A stretch of DNA of 64,000 nucleotides, taken from Oligoflexales bacterium (GTDB lineage Bacteria; Bdellovibrionota_B; Oligoflexia; Oligoflexales; JAPPIL01). Positions 1 through 8,152 of the stretch are shown here, piece by piece (positions within the stretch are counted from its first letter, which is position 1; every line of letters begins with the position of its first letter). Under the pieces are notes generated by a model. It ran no database searches. It was given only the letters and a program-made list of their open reading frames with translations, and was not told the origin of the DNA. The translations under genes and the position numbers were made by a program. Location of the stretch: the NCBI GenBank assembly GCA_965226195.1, contig OZ245333.1:1185205-1249204 (forward strand). The letters run 5' to 3'.

Positions 1-5
1 ACAGC

Positions 6-500
6 TTGCGCAAAGTCTGCATCTCACCAGACCTTACCTTCTGTGCCACACAGCTACAGATGGTCAGGGGAGCAACTTCCTGTCGAGCACCTTCCAGCCA
101 AAGTGACTGCGATGTTCTCGGCAGCAAATTAGGCAAAAACTTGAGCTGGAAGAGCGGCAAGTGCGAACAGACAACTGGCGCAGGCCACGGCAAGCTGGAC
201 AGCAGTATCAGGATTGACTGGAATGGCAAGAAGGGGCCGGTTCAGGGCGCACAGCGTGCGTTCGTTGATATTGGCAGTGTCACTATCATCACCAAAAAAA
301 ACGACATTCACCAAGTTAATATTATGAAAAAGGCAGGTTCAACCTGCGAACTACGCAAGGCACGCAAGGCAGAAGCAGGTGGCAGAAGTTTCAAGGTGGA
401 AGCCAAAGGCCCCGCGTCTACCTGCGAAGGCGAGATTTTCGTCATTAACAAAAAAACAGGCGACTACAACGTTGAAGAATTTGAGGTGAGGATCAACTGA
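6..500 (+). CDS. hypothetical Cys-containing protein, probably the 3' part of a gene that starts upstream of the window
   Basis: The frame is open to the window edge. No recognisable domain; Lys-rich C-terminal part. Confidence 0.3.
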   Translation: MRKVCISPDLTFCATQLQMVRGATSCRAPSSQSDCDVLGSKLGKNLSWKSGKCEQTTGAGHGKLDSSIRIDWNGKKGPVQGAQRAFVDIGSVTIITKKNDIHQVNIMKKAGSTCELRKARKAEAGGRSFKVEAKGPASTCEGEIFVINKKTGDYNVEEFEVRIN

Positions 501-660
501 CCCATCTTTAATCGTTCTCTTTCCCGCGCCACCCTGCTAAAGTGCGACCTCACGTGGGGCGGGAAAACACGACCCAGCAGGGATAACCACAATGCCAGCA
601 CTCCCGACTTGTGCTTGTGCCTCAGCACTTGGCACAGCCAGATGCCGAACGTCACCGCAC

Positions 661-943
661 TGTGTTACGGACATGTTGTCGCTATGTCGTCGCTGCTTGA
701 CGGGCAGTTTTGTCTCGCTTTGTCAACCATAGCTGTCTGATTTTGTTTGTTTTTTTGTGAACATGTCGTCGCTATGTTGTCGGAATGTCGAGGACTTAAT
801 TTGTTGCGAAGATACCCACGCTGTGTTACGGACATGTTGTCGCTATGTCGTCGCTGCTTGACGGGCAGTTTTGTCTCGCTTTGTCAACTATAACTGTCTG
901 ATTTTGTTTGTTTTTTTGTGGGCATGTCGTCGCTATGTTGTCG
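661..943. repeat. two 122-bp direct repeat copies (661-782 and 822-943) in a 161-bp register
   Basis: By-eye alignment shows 4 mismatches in 122 nt and no indels. Each copy carries two 21-24-nt submotifs, ACATGTTGTCGCTATGTCGTCGCT and CATGTCGTCGCTATGTTGTCG. The second copy contains the ATG at 935. Confidence 0.9.
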
Positions 944-2593
944 AATCAACCACTACTATCTCGTCCCTCGCTTGAGGCTATCAAGCGCAGTATAGCTAAC
1001 GGCACACTGTCGGAAATTTCCTACCCGCGACTAGAGCTCAAGTCCAAATGGAGCATTGAGCACGGTAAGAGCATCTCTGCCATCGCTAATCATGAGTCGC
1101 TAACAGGCGGGTGGCTAGTTATCGGAGTCGATGACTGCGGTAAGCTCACGGGCGAGGACGAGAACTGGTGTAGAAAAAATTACGAGAGAATTGGTGATCA
1201 GATCAATCAACACCTCAGTCCCTCGCAAGCGGTTAAAGAGATTCACTCTGAATCCTTTGAGGGTAGCTACTGTATCCTGCTTGAAATTCAAAACCCCGAT
1301 TATGTTACAGACTGGAACGGGCGTGCCTATAAGCGTGCGGGAAGCTCTGCCAAAGAAATGACCGCGGGAGAGCGTGCTGCTCTGGCGATGCGTTTGCCGG
1401 GTGACGACTACTCAGCCCTGCCATGGCAGGGTGAGGTCAACAGCGCGTTGGTGCTTGATTTTGCTAAGAAGGTGATTGAGAACGGCTCGCGAGATTTTCC
1501 TCAAGACCTGTCGCAGCTGAGTGCCTCACAAATTTTGCAGATAATGAACTTAGACGAGAAGATGACTGCGGGTATTTTGTTTGGCGATGTGCCTGTGCGT
1601 ATAGCCCACTATGATGCTAACGATCAACCAGCCAGTACCGTTGCAGAAAAAGGACTATACACTATTCTTAAAGATAGTTTTATCGCCCATATTCAGACCG
1701 CGTCGGAACGAAAAGGTGCTGCTAGCGAAGGCACCTCCATATCGTTGAAGGAATACCGACCTTACCCAACCAAACTGTTGCGGGAAATTTTGGCAAATGC
1801 GGTCGCTCATGCTCTCTATCAACGTCATCGTGGTGAAATTATCGTTGACATTCACCTTGATCGCGTCATGGTGCGCAACAATGCACCACTGGAAGCGGAG
1901 GTTTTCGCCAACCAGTGGTTTTCCCAGCGGACGATGGCGAAAAACAAACTGTTGATGGGGGCGTTACACACCGCGGGAATTACTGATGAGCTTGGTACAG
2001 GTAAGGCAAACGTCTTCAGATTGGCAATAGAAGCTGGCAAAGAAGAGCCGAGCATCGATTTTTTCAAAGATAAAAACTTCGCCAAGTGGCACATAACGGT
2101 ATACAACAGCCATAGGCATGAGCACATCAACAATCTACTGAGCAAGATCAATTACTCGTCGCTACCCAGCCCACTGCATAAGATGATAGCAGTTGCGCTC
2201 ATCCTGTGGAAAGATCGCCAGTGGTCTGAAATAAAAACACGTCTGGACGATCATTATGAGAAAATTGCTTACGAGGTGGTCAGGCATGATGATACTCCCG
2301 TCATTATCATCGATGACGATCTTTTTGTGCGCCGCTGGGCCGAAGTTGCTCTTAAGGGACAGAGTAGCAAAGGTTTCACGCCTTCAGAGGAAACAATGAT
2401 TCTGAGGGTGCTGACAGACTTGGCTAACAACTCTGCGCATCAGATCACTGTGCAAGAGGCAAGACGAATCATCGGTCTCGGTAAGAGCCCCTCAGAAAGT
2501 GTGCAGCTGTCCAATCTTTTTCGCAAGTGGCAAAAGGCTGGGCTGATCGAAAATGTTAAACGCGGCACGTGGCGGTTTACAAGGTCTGTTTAG
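935..2593 (+). CDS. AlbA_2/Schlafen-like plus HATPase_c_4-like putative ATP-binding transcriptional regulator
   Basis: N-terminal block ELKSKW...GGWLVIGVDDCGKLTG and central block LREILANAVAHALYQRHRGEIIVDIHLDRVMVRN. The in-frame ATG at 935 is preferred over the TTG at 908. Confidence 0.65.
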   Translation: MLSNQPLLSRPSLEAIKRSIANGTLSEISYPRLELKSKWSIEHGKSISAIANHESLTGGWLVIGVDDCGKLTGEDENWCRKNYERIGDQINQHLSPSQAVKEIHSESFEGSYCILLEIQNPDYVTDWNGRAYKRAGSSAKEMTAGERAALAMRLPGDDYSALPWQGEVNSALVLDFAKKVIENGSRDFPQDLSQLSASQILQIMNLDEKMTAGILFGDVPVRIAHYDANDQPASTVAEKGLYTILKDSFIAHIQTASERKGAASEGTSISLKEYRPYPTKLLREILANAVAHALYQRHRGEIIVDIHLDRVMVRNNAPLEAEVFANQWFSQRTMAKNKLLMGALHTAGITDELGTGKANVFRLAIEAGKEEPSIDFFKDKNFAKWHITVYNSHRHEHINNLLSKINYSSLPSPLHKMIAVALILWKDRQWSEIKTRLDDHYEKIAYEVVRHDDTPVIIIDDDLFVRRWAEVALKGQSSKGFTPSEETMILRVLTDLANNSAHQITVQEARRIIGLGKSPSESVQLSNLFRKWQKAGLIENVKRGTWRFTRSV

Positions 2594-2628
2594 GTTTTCT
2601 CTGCTTGGCAGAGAAAACCTAAACAGAC
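2584..2628 (+). terminator. 45-nt perfect hairpin (21-bp stem, 3-nt loop) overlapping the stop codon of the upstream gene
   Basis: GTCTGTTTAGGTTTTCTCTGC-TTG-GCAGAGAAAACCTAAACAGAC. No T-tract follows, so it may be an operator or RNA structure rather than a classical terminator. Confidence 0.4.
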
Positions 2629-2656
2629 AAGATATAACCCAAACCAGCATTGGTGT

Positions 2657-2740
2657 ATTGGTGCTGACCTTTCCCTCCTCTCTGAGATGGGATACGTTCG
2701 TCGGGTAAAAGGTCAGCACCAATATCTGTGTCTTTTATTA
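2657..2740 (+). terminator. second long hairpin (16-bp perfect stem, about 35-nt loop) followed by a T-rich stretch
   Basis: ATTGGTGCTGACCTTT at 2657-2672 pairs with AAAGGTCAGCACCAAT at 2708-2723. ATCTGTGTCTTTTATTA follows. Confidence 0.35.
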
Positions 2741-2823
2741 TACGTTTGTGTGTTGGTTTGTGTATTGTATGGTGTTGGATGTTTATATCGGAATGAAACC
2801 TAAACAGACCATAAGGAGCACCG

Positions 2824-3603
2824 ATGCCAGCACTCAAGGTCACTGTTCTCGGCAGCGGCACTTCGACAGGAGTGCCAGTAATCGGCTGCGATTGCGATGT
2901 CTGCCACAGCCAGCAGCCAGAAAATCATCGCACCCGTGCCTCGTTATTGCTCAACTATGACGGGTGCAACACCGTTATCGACACCGCCCCTGAATTCAGA
3001 CTGCAAGTGCTGCGTGCAGAGGTAAAATCACTTGCCGCGGTGCTCTACACGCACATTCACGCCGACCACTGTCACGGCTTCGACGACCTGCGCATGTTTG
3101 CCTTCCGCGACAAGGACAGTTCCATTCCCTGCTACATGCATACAGACTTCATCGCTGGTTTCAAGCAACGGTTCAGCTATGCCTTCGATGCCCAAACAAA
3201 ATACTATGGCACACTGCCCCAGATAGACTTACAGCCGCTGCCAGACAAGCCCTTCGATGTCGCGGGGCTGCAGGTCGAGACCGTGCGTCTGCCACACGGG
3301 GCGGTTATGACCAACGCTTTCCGCATCGGCACGTTCGCCTACGCGACAGATTTTAAAACCTTCGCCCCCGAACTGATCGCACACTGGAAAGACAAGATCG
3401 ACACGATGGTCATCAGCGGGGTGCGCTTCCGCCCCCACAAGACCCACAGCTCGGTGCAAGAATCCGTAGCAATCCTGCAAGCTCTCAACGTGCGCCGCGG
3501 CTTTATTAGCCACCTCTCGCACGAAGTTGATTACCACAAACACCGCAGCGAACTGCCACAAGGCATCAACTTCGCCTACGACGGGCTGAACTTCACGGTG
3601 TGA
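2824..3603 (+). CDS. MBL-fold metallo-hydrolase, PhnP-like
   Basis: LGSGTSTGVPVIGCDCDVC N-terminus and HIHADHCHGFDDL metal-binding motif. RBS AAGGAG lies upstream. Confidence 0.8.
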   Translation: MPALKVTVLGSGTSTGVPVIGCDCDVCHSQQPENHRTRASLLLNYDGCNTVIDTAPEFRLQVLRAEVKSLAAVLYTHIHADHCHGFDDLRMFAFRDKDSSIPCYMHTDFIAGFKQRFSYAFDAQTKYYGTLPQIDLQPLPDKPFDVAGLQVETVRLPHGAVMTNAFRIGTFAYATDFKTFAPELIAHWKDKIDTMVISGVRFRPHKTHSSVQESVAILQALNVRRGFISHLSHEVDYHKHRSELPQGINFAYDGLNFTV

Positions 3604-3648
3604 GGGAGATAGAATTTAGCAACGGTGCGAACGCTTGAGTAAATCAGT

Positions 3649-4183
3649 ATGAAGACATTTATTATTCTATTGCGCGGTGTTATGCCAACTGGCAAAAACA
3701 AAGTAGCGATGGCGCAGTTGCGTGAGGTACTTGGCAAGCATGGCTTTGACACACGTCCGCACCTACATTGCAAGCGGTAATGTCTTGGTAAATACCACAC
3801 TTTCTGCAAAAGATATTGAAAAGCAGACTTACGACCTCATTAAAAAATACATCGGGCCAGATTTGGTTGTAATAGTAAGCTCAGGTGCTCAATTACAAAA
3901 AATACTTGATGAAAATCCGTTCCAAAGTGGATACGACATCTCTCGTGTGTTCTTTGTGGCGTTTGCTACCAAGCCCTCTAAACTAACAATACAGAAGATT
4001 CTCAAAGAAGACTTTGGGGGGAGTGAATTGCAGTTTGGCAAATACGCTGGGTATATGTACATTCCTGGCGATGCTTCTCGTTCCAAGTTGGGCAACAATT
4101 TTCTGGAGAAAAAGCTTGGAGTTTCGGCAACAACAAGGAATTTCAATACTGTGAAAAAACTGATTGAAATGTGTTATGAGTGA
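3649..4183 (+). pseudogene. DUF1697-family gene with a frameshift near 3751-3755
   Basis: ATG 3649 gives MKTFIILLRGVMPTGKNKVAMAQLREVLGKHGFDT and stops at 3778. The family continues in the next frame as VRTYIASGNVLVN... (ORF 3722-4183). Removing one nt in GACACACGTC restores GFDTVRTYI. Confidence 0.6.
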
Positions 4184-4279
4184 ATAATTTTATAAATTTT
4201 TAAGAAACAAAGAGTCTAAAGACTGAGATCTCAGCACTGCCCCCCTCTTCCTTGATAAACCTAAGCAGACCCTAGCCGC

Positions 4280-4669
4280 GGCTTTGTTGCATAACTCAGG
4301 GCCGGCATGTTTATATCCTATAATCCTTTAGCAGTAAGAATTTTATAGGTGTTGCAAAGGTAATGCCTGCACCACGCACAGGCCCGTAGTGTCCACAGAA
4401 GTTGACAATGGTCAGGTGCAAGCAGACCTGCAAACCATTTCACGCGAATGTTTCAGCTGGAGCTAGGAAGCGACAAAGAGCATGCACACATGTGTGCATG
4501 CTGCAGCAGGATGATTGCACCTGACCCAAACGAGAAGTCTGCGAACACGCAGGGGAGGGGAGCTAGAAAGCGGCAAAGAGCCGTGCAAAGCGGGGAGGGG
4601 GAACGATCCCCACATAAAAGTGCTATGATAACAGCATGTTATAATCAACGGAACTTATGCAACAAAGCC
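4280..4669. mobile_element. 390-bp MITE with IS903-like terminal inverted repeats and a 9-bp target site duplication
   Basis: Left end is GGCTTTGTTGCATAACT. The reverse complement of the right end is GGCTTTGTTGCATAAGT. Identical CCTAGCCGC lies at 4271-4279 and 4670-4678. The ends match the IS at 33601-34792. No transposase is present. Confidence 0.85.
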
Positions 4670-5937
4670 CCTAGCCGCCCCTCGATAACCCAATCGGTAT
4701 CAAGCCGCAACAAACGTACATCACGCAGCCGCACAGCACACTCGCCAGTTAGCTCCTCCCCCCAATATCGTGCGTTCGGCTGTAAGCGCGGGGTTTGGAA
4801 GAGATGCACCTTATCAACCAACCCCGCAGCAAAAAAAGAAGCCCACAGCTGTCCGCCTCCTTCCAATAGCAGAGAGTAGATGCCGTGCTCACAATAGAGA
4901 GTTTGCAATAATTGCGAGACATTAAACTTGCCATCGGCCTGACGTGGCAGAGGTAACAGCACCGCCTCTGATGGCAGCAGTTGTGCGCTACGCTTGGCCT
5001 CCGTGTCAGGCACGACGACGATGACAGTGTGCGGCTCGGTCTCAAATACCCGCAATTTAGCTCGCAACGCCGCGACATCGGCAAGCACCACTCGCCGCGG
5101 CGTGCGTCGCTGCGGAAACGGCACGCGCACGTTCAAACGCGGGTTGTCAAGCCTCAGCGTGCCCGCGCCAACGAGGATTGCGTCGTAACGCTGTCGCAAA
5201 AAATGTCCATACTGCAAAGCACGTTTGCAGCTGAGGCGCAGACGCGGCTGCGCCGCTGACTCTTTGCCGCTTTCTAGCTCCTTCCTCGCAGCAAAACTGC
5301 TGTCGAGACCCGCGGCGATCTTAGCAGCCACAAAAGGACGCTGGCGTGGCTCTTTGCCTCTTTCTGCTTCGCATGACTTTTTGCCGCTTTCTGCTTCGCA
5401 TGACTTTTTGCCGCTTTCTAGCTCCACCCCACCCGCAGCGTGAAAAAAATACGCCTCGTCCAGCCACTGCAAGTCGCGATGTTCATACTTGTGGCAGACA
5501 ATACCAGCTTGCACCAGTTCGTCCAAGCCACTCACCTGCGGGTTGGGGTCATCCGCACCGAAATGCACTTCACGCAAGCCATGTCGTAACAGTAACGCAC
5601 TACAAGGTGGGGTTTTTCCGTAATGCGTGCAGGGTTGCAAGGTGACGAAAAGACGTGCGCCGCGCAAACACTCCGTCCCACCACGTGCTTGGGCTTGGGC
5701 GACTGCGTCCGCCTCCGCGTGCATTGCTCCATAACGACGATGTGCTCCGACAGCGAGCAAATGCCCCTGCGCATCGGTGATGACACAGCCAACCAGTGGA
5801 TTAGGGGAGACATGTCCCAGCCCTGCAAACGCGGCACGATAGGCGAGCGCATAGCACTGCGTATCACACAGCTGCGCACTCAACGGTGGTGGCTGCGGGG
5901 TGAGTAGGAATTCGTCTTCAGGCACACCTACATACAT
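4645..5937 (-). CDS. ribD: bifunctional riboflavin biosynthesis deaminase/reductase RibD, with repeat-derived in-frame insertions and a MITE-derived C-terminus
   Basis: HAEADAV and LQPCTHYGKTPPC deaminase zinc motifs. Reductase-domain block RPFVAAKIAAGLD...AILVGAGTLRLDNPRLNVR. Confidence 0.85.
   Translation of the reverse strand: MYVGVPEDEFLLTPQPPPLSAQLCDTQCYALAYRAAFAGLGHVSPNPLVGCVITDAQGHLLAVGAHRRYGAMHAEADAVAQAQARGGTECLRGARLFVTLQPCTHYGKTPPCSALLLRHGLREVHFGADDPNPQVSGLDELVQAGIVCHKYEHRDLQWLDEAYFFHAAGGVELESGKKSCEAESGKKSCEAERGKEPRQRPFVAAKIAAGLDSSFAARKELESGKESAAQPRLRLSCKRALQYGHFLRQRYDAILVGAGTLRLDNPRLNVRVPFPQRRTPRRVVLADVAALRAKLRVFETEPHTVIVVVPDTEAKRSAQLLPSEAVLLPLPRQADGKFNVSQLLQTLYCEHGIYSLLLEGGGQLWASFFAAGLVDKVHLFQTPRLQPNARYWGEELTGECAVRLRDVRLLRLDTDWVIEGRLGALLHKFR
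5260..5281. repeat. dispersed repeat copy CTCTTTGCCGCTTTCTAGCTCC inside ribD
   Basis: Exact 22-mer. It is translated on the minus strand as ELESGKE. Confidence 0.85.
5350..5425. repeat. three tandem units (27+27+22 nt) of the dispersed repeat family inside ribD
   Basis: CTCTTTGCCTCTTTCTGCTTCGCATGA / CTTTTTGCCGCTTTCTGCTTCGCATGA / CTTTTTGCCGCTTTCTAGCTCC. Translated as ELESGKKSCEAESGKKSCEAERGKE. Confidence 0.9.
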
Positions 5938-5996
5938 GCCGACGATTGAAACCTACCACCACCGCTATCGTCAAGAGCAATTAGCTACGCTAATTA

Positions 5997-6042
5997 TTTG
6001 CCGCTTTCTGCTTCGCATGACTCTTTGCCGCTTTCTAGCTCC
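5997..6042. repeat. dispersed repeat copy (24+22 nt) spanning the ribD upstream region and the 3' end of the BspA-like gene
   Basis: TTTGCCGCTTTCTGCTTCGCATGA followed by CTCTTTGCCGCTTTCTAGCTCC. The stop codon of ORF 6035-7426 lies inside the repeat. Confidence 0.85.
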
Positions 6043-7426
6043 CGCGTGCCAGTCCGCCATCGCGAATCAGCCAACTGAGCTGACTGTGCAAAATCTGGCG
6101 GGCAACGCGACCGCTAGAGTCGTATTTTGACAGTCCCCCGTCAAAATACACATTGCGGTTGGCCGCTGTCTCCACCAAACGAATCAACAAGGCACTGTAA
6201 AGCTTGGTAGGCAGCTTCACCCTGTAGAGCATCTTATACATGGACATGACGCTAGCAAAGTTCCAGCTGGTCATGTCTGGCTGAGCGACATTTGCGTTGT
6301 AAAACATCTGCTCCATGTTGGCGACGCGAGCAACGTTCCAGCTGCTGACATCGGGGTTAGCTGCCTGTGCCCCGTAAAACAGACGTTCCATGTTTGTCAC
6401 CTGCGACACATCCCAGCGACTGACATCGGGATCAGCGCGCAACGTGTCTTTAAACATGCTGCGCAGCGTCGTCACCTGCGACACATCCCAATTGCCTACA
6501 TCAGGATTGGCAACCAGCGCACCGCTGAACATGGAAGCCATCGTCGTCACTGCCAACGTGTTCCAACCGCTGACATCGGGGTCAGCAACTTCCGCCCCAC
6601 GAAATACCCCGCGCATCGTCGTCACCGCCGCGGTGCTCCAGTCACCGACATCGGGATTAGCCTGCGGTGCGTTGCTGAACATAAAGGCAATGTCGGTCAG
6701 CGCACGCGTGTCCCAACGACCTACATCGGGATTGGCTTGTAGTGCCCCCTCAAACATCGCGGGTGCTCGTGTCAAGCCCGACGTGTTCCAGCCACTGACA
6801 TTGGGATTAGCAACCTGTGCATGCCGAAACATACCATCTGCACGCACCAGTGACGCGGTGTTCCAGCTGCTGACATCTGGGTTTGCCTGCCCCGTCTTGC
6901 TGAAAGTAAACATCATCTCCGTCACCTTGCTCGTGTCCCAACCACTGGTATCAGGCGTTGCTAACGGAGTCATGTGGAACATGTAACTCATGTCTGTCAC
7001 CGCACTCGTGTCGCCCCCACTTACCGTCGTCAGATTGTCACAGCCCATGAACGCGCCGTAGAAATTCTTCCAGCCAACCTGCCCCAAGTCGGTAATCGAC
7101 ACCAACCTGTCACTGCTGTCGGGATGGCGGAAAAAACTCCACGCCTCCAGCAGTCCCCTGATAGTAACCGTGTAAGTGCCCGCCGCGGCATACGAATGCC
7201 GCACATCGGGATCGTTGAAGGCATCGACCTGTGCAGTGCTGCCATCACCCCAATCGATGGTGAAGTTGTAGTTGTAGCTGTATGGCAGCGGTAGGACTAC
7301 CTCCAGCGCACCATCCATCACCTGCCATTCCGATACGAACGCATTGTTGTCAGTCTCAGTTCCCCAGGCTACGCCTGCACTAACGCCGACCACTGCACAA
7401 ATTAACCAGCAAAAACGCCTAAACAT
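6035..7426 (-). CDS. BspA-family / DUF285 leucine-rich repeat surface protein
   Basis: Signal peptide MFRRFCWLICAVVGVSAGVAWG. More than 10 repeats of about 24-25 aa of the type NPDVSxWNTxxVTxMxxMFxxA. Confidence 0.8.
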   Translation of the reverse strand: MFRRFCWLICAVVGVSAGVAWGTETDNNAFVSEWQVMDGALEVVLPLPYSYNYNFTIDWGDGSTAQVDAFNDPDVRHSYAAAGTYTVTIRGLLEAWSFFRHPDSSDRLVSITDLGQVGWKNFYGAFMGCDNLTTVSGGDTSAVTDMSYMFHMTPLATPDTSGWDTSKVTEMMFTFSKTGQANPDVSSWNTASLVRADGMFRHAQVANPNVSGWNTSGLTRAPAMFEGALQANPDVGRWDTRALTDIAFMFSNAPQANPDVGDWSTAAVTTMRGVFRGAEVADPDVSGWNTLAVTTMASMFSGALVANPDVGNWDVSQVTTLRSMFKDTLRADPDVSRWDVSQVTNMERLFYGAQAANPDVSSWNVARVANMEQMFYNANVAQPDMTSWNFASVMSMYKMLYRVKLPTKLYSALLIRLVETAANRNVYFDGGLSKYDSSGRVARQILHSQLSWLIRDGGLARGS

Positions 7427-7529
7427 CGCGACCTCCCAACACGTCGCCTCGCTCCCGCAAAGGCCAACTAAAATGTGTGAAATTAACTGCTTATAGCGTA
7501 ACAGATGCGAGCTAAAAGATCAGCAAAAA

Positions 7530-7814
7530 TCAGCTCAGGCTGTCAATATGAGCGATCAACGGTGCGTCACCAACGGCGACCCGCCCCAGCCCCTCACGCT
7601 CACACAGCGCACAGATTTGCTCGCACAGCTGCGGCAAAACATCAAGCCGCCGCGCCAGTGCCGTTACCACAAGCGCGACCCGCTCCTCCTCGCTGTATAT
7701 GTAGGCACAGACACGGTAGCGAGCACGTATCTTAGCGCCCAAATGCCGATAGAAGCGCTCGTCGTGCTCCGCTCCCTCAATATCAACGGGAATTTTGGCG
7801 ACCAAGACATACAT
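7530..7814 (-). CDS. small conserved protein, tentatively DUF503/YlxP-like
   Basis: 94 aa, MYVLVAKIPVDIEGAEHDERFYRHLGAKIRARYRVCAYIYSEEERVALVV. The pattern resembles DUF503. This is weak, by-eye evidence only. Confidence 0.3.
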   Translation of the reverse strand: MYVLVAKIPVDIEGAEHDERFYRHLGAKIRARYRVCAYIYSEEERVALVVTALARRLDVLPQLCEQICALCEREGLGRVAVGDAPLIAHIDSLS

Positions 7815-7887
7815 GCAGCAGTTATTCTCCTCTTCCTAGCTCCGCCCCCTCAAGATCAACGGGAATTTTGGCAATCAAAACATACAT
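7766..7887. repeat. 73-bp-register direct duplication of the 5' end of gene 7530-7814 (copies 7766-7814 and 7839-7887)
   Basis: 5 mismatches in 49 nt. The upstream copy keeps an ATG and encodes a 21-codon ORF (7887 down to 7822) that ends in a fragment of the dispersed repeat. Confidence 0.8.
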
Positions 7888-8152
7888 AAGCACGCTACAT
7901 ACTAGCTATAACCACAGTAGTAGTCCAGATAAAATATAGTTTTTTGCATAAAAATAAATTTTATTGATTTAATAATTGATGAAAAATGTTAACATATAGA
8001 GAGATAGCGCGGTTGTTTCACCGTTAGTTCTAGTGAACCCTACTGTCCCGACCGAGACCCTTTGCCCACAGATATTTGACCGCACGGTGGCATGATTTGT
8101 GCAACGTAAGCTTTAAAGTGAAGGTGCGTTAACTTCAACTAGGAAAGCGAGT

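Noticed and set aside
500-560. Terminator hairpin after the first ORF (TTCCCGCGCCAC ... GTGGGGCGGGAA)
   Set aside because: The stem has a mismatch, the loop is about 21 nt and no T-tract follows. This is too weak to annotate.
4448-4879. 143-aa ORF (and the antisense 61-aa ORF) across the MITE
   Set aside because: It lies inside the non-autonomous element and runs antisense into ribD. It is basic, low-complexity and repeat-derived, with no RBS.
5938-6034. FMN riboswitch upstream of ribD
   Set aside because: Only 97 nt are available, about half occupied by the dispersed repeat. No conserved FMN-element helices were recognisable.
6390-6986. 198-aa plus-strand ORF
   Set aside because: It is a shadow ORF antisense to the BspA/DUF285 repeat gene. 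Its periodicity merely mirrors the coding repeats.
7530-7814. Possible Cas2 (small protein starting MYVLVA...)
   Set aside because: No conserved Cas2 aspartate context (YDI), no other cas genes and no CRISPR array in the window. The pattern fits DUF503 better, and that call is itself tentative.
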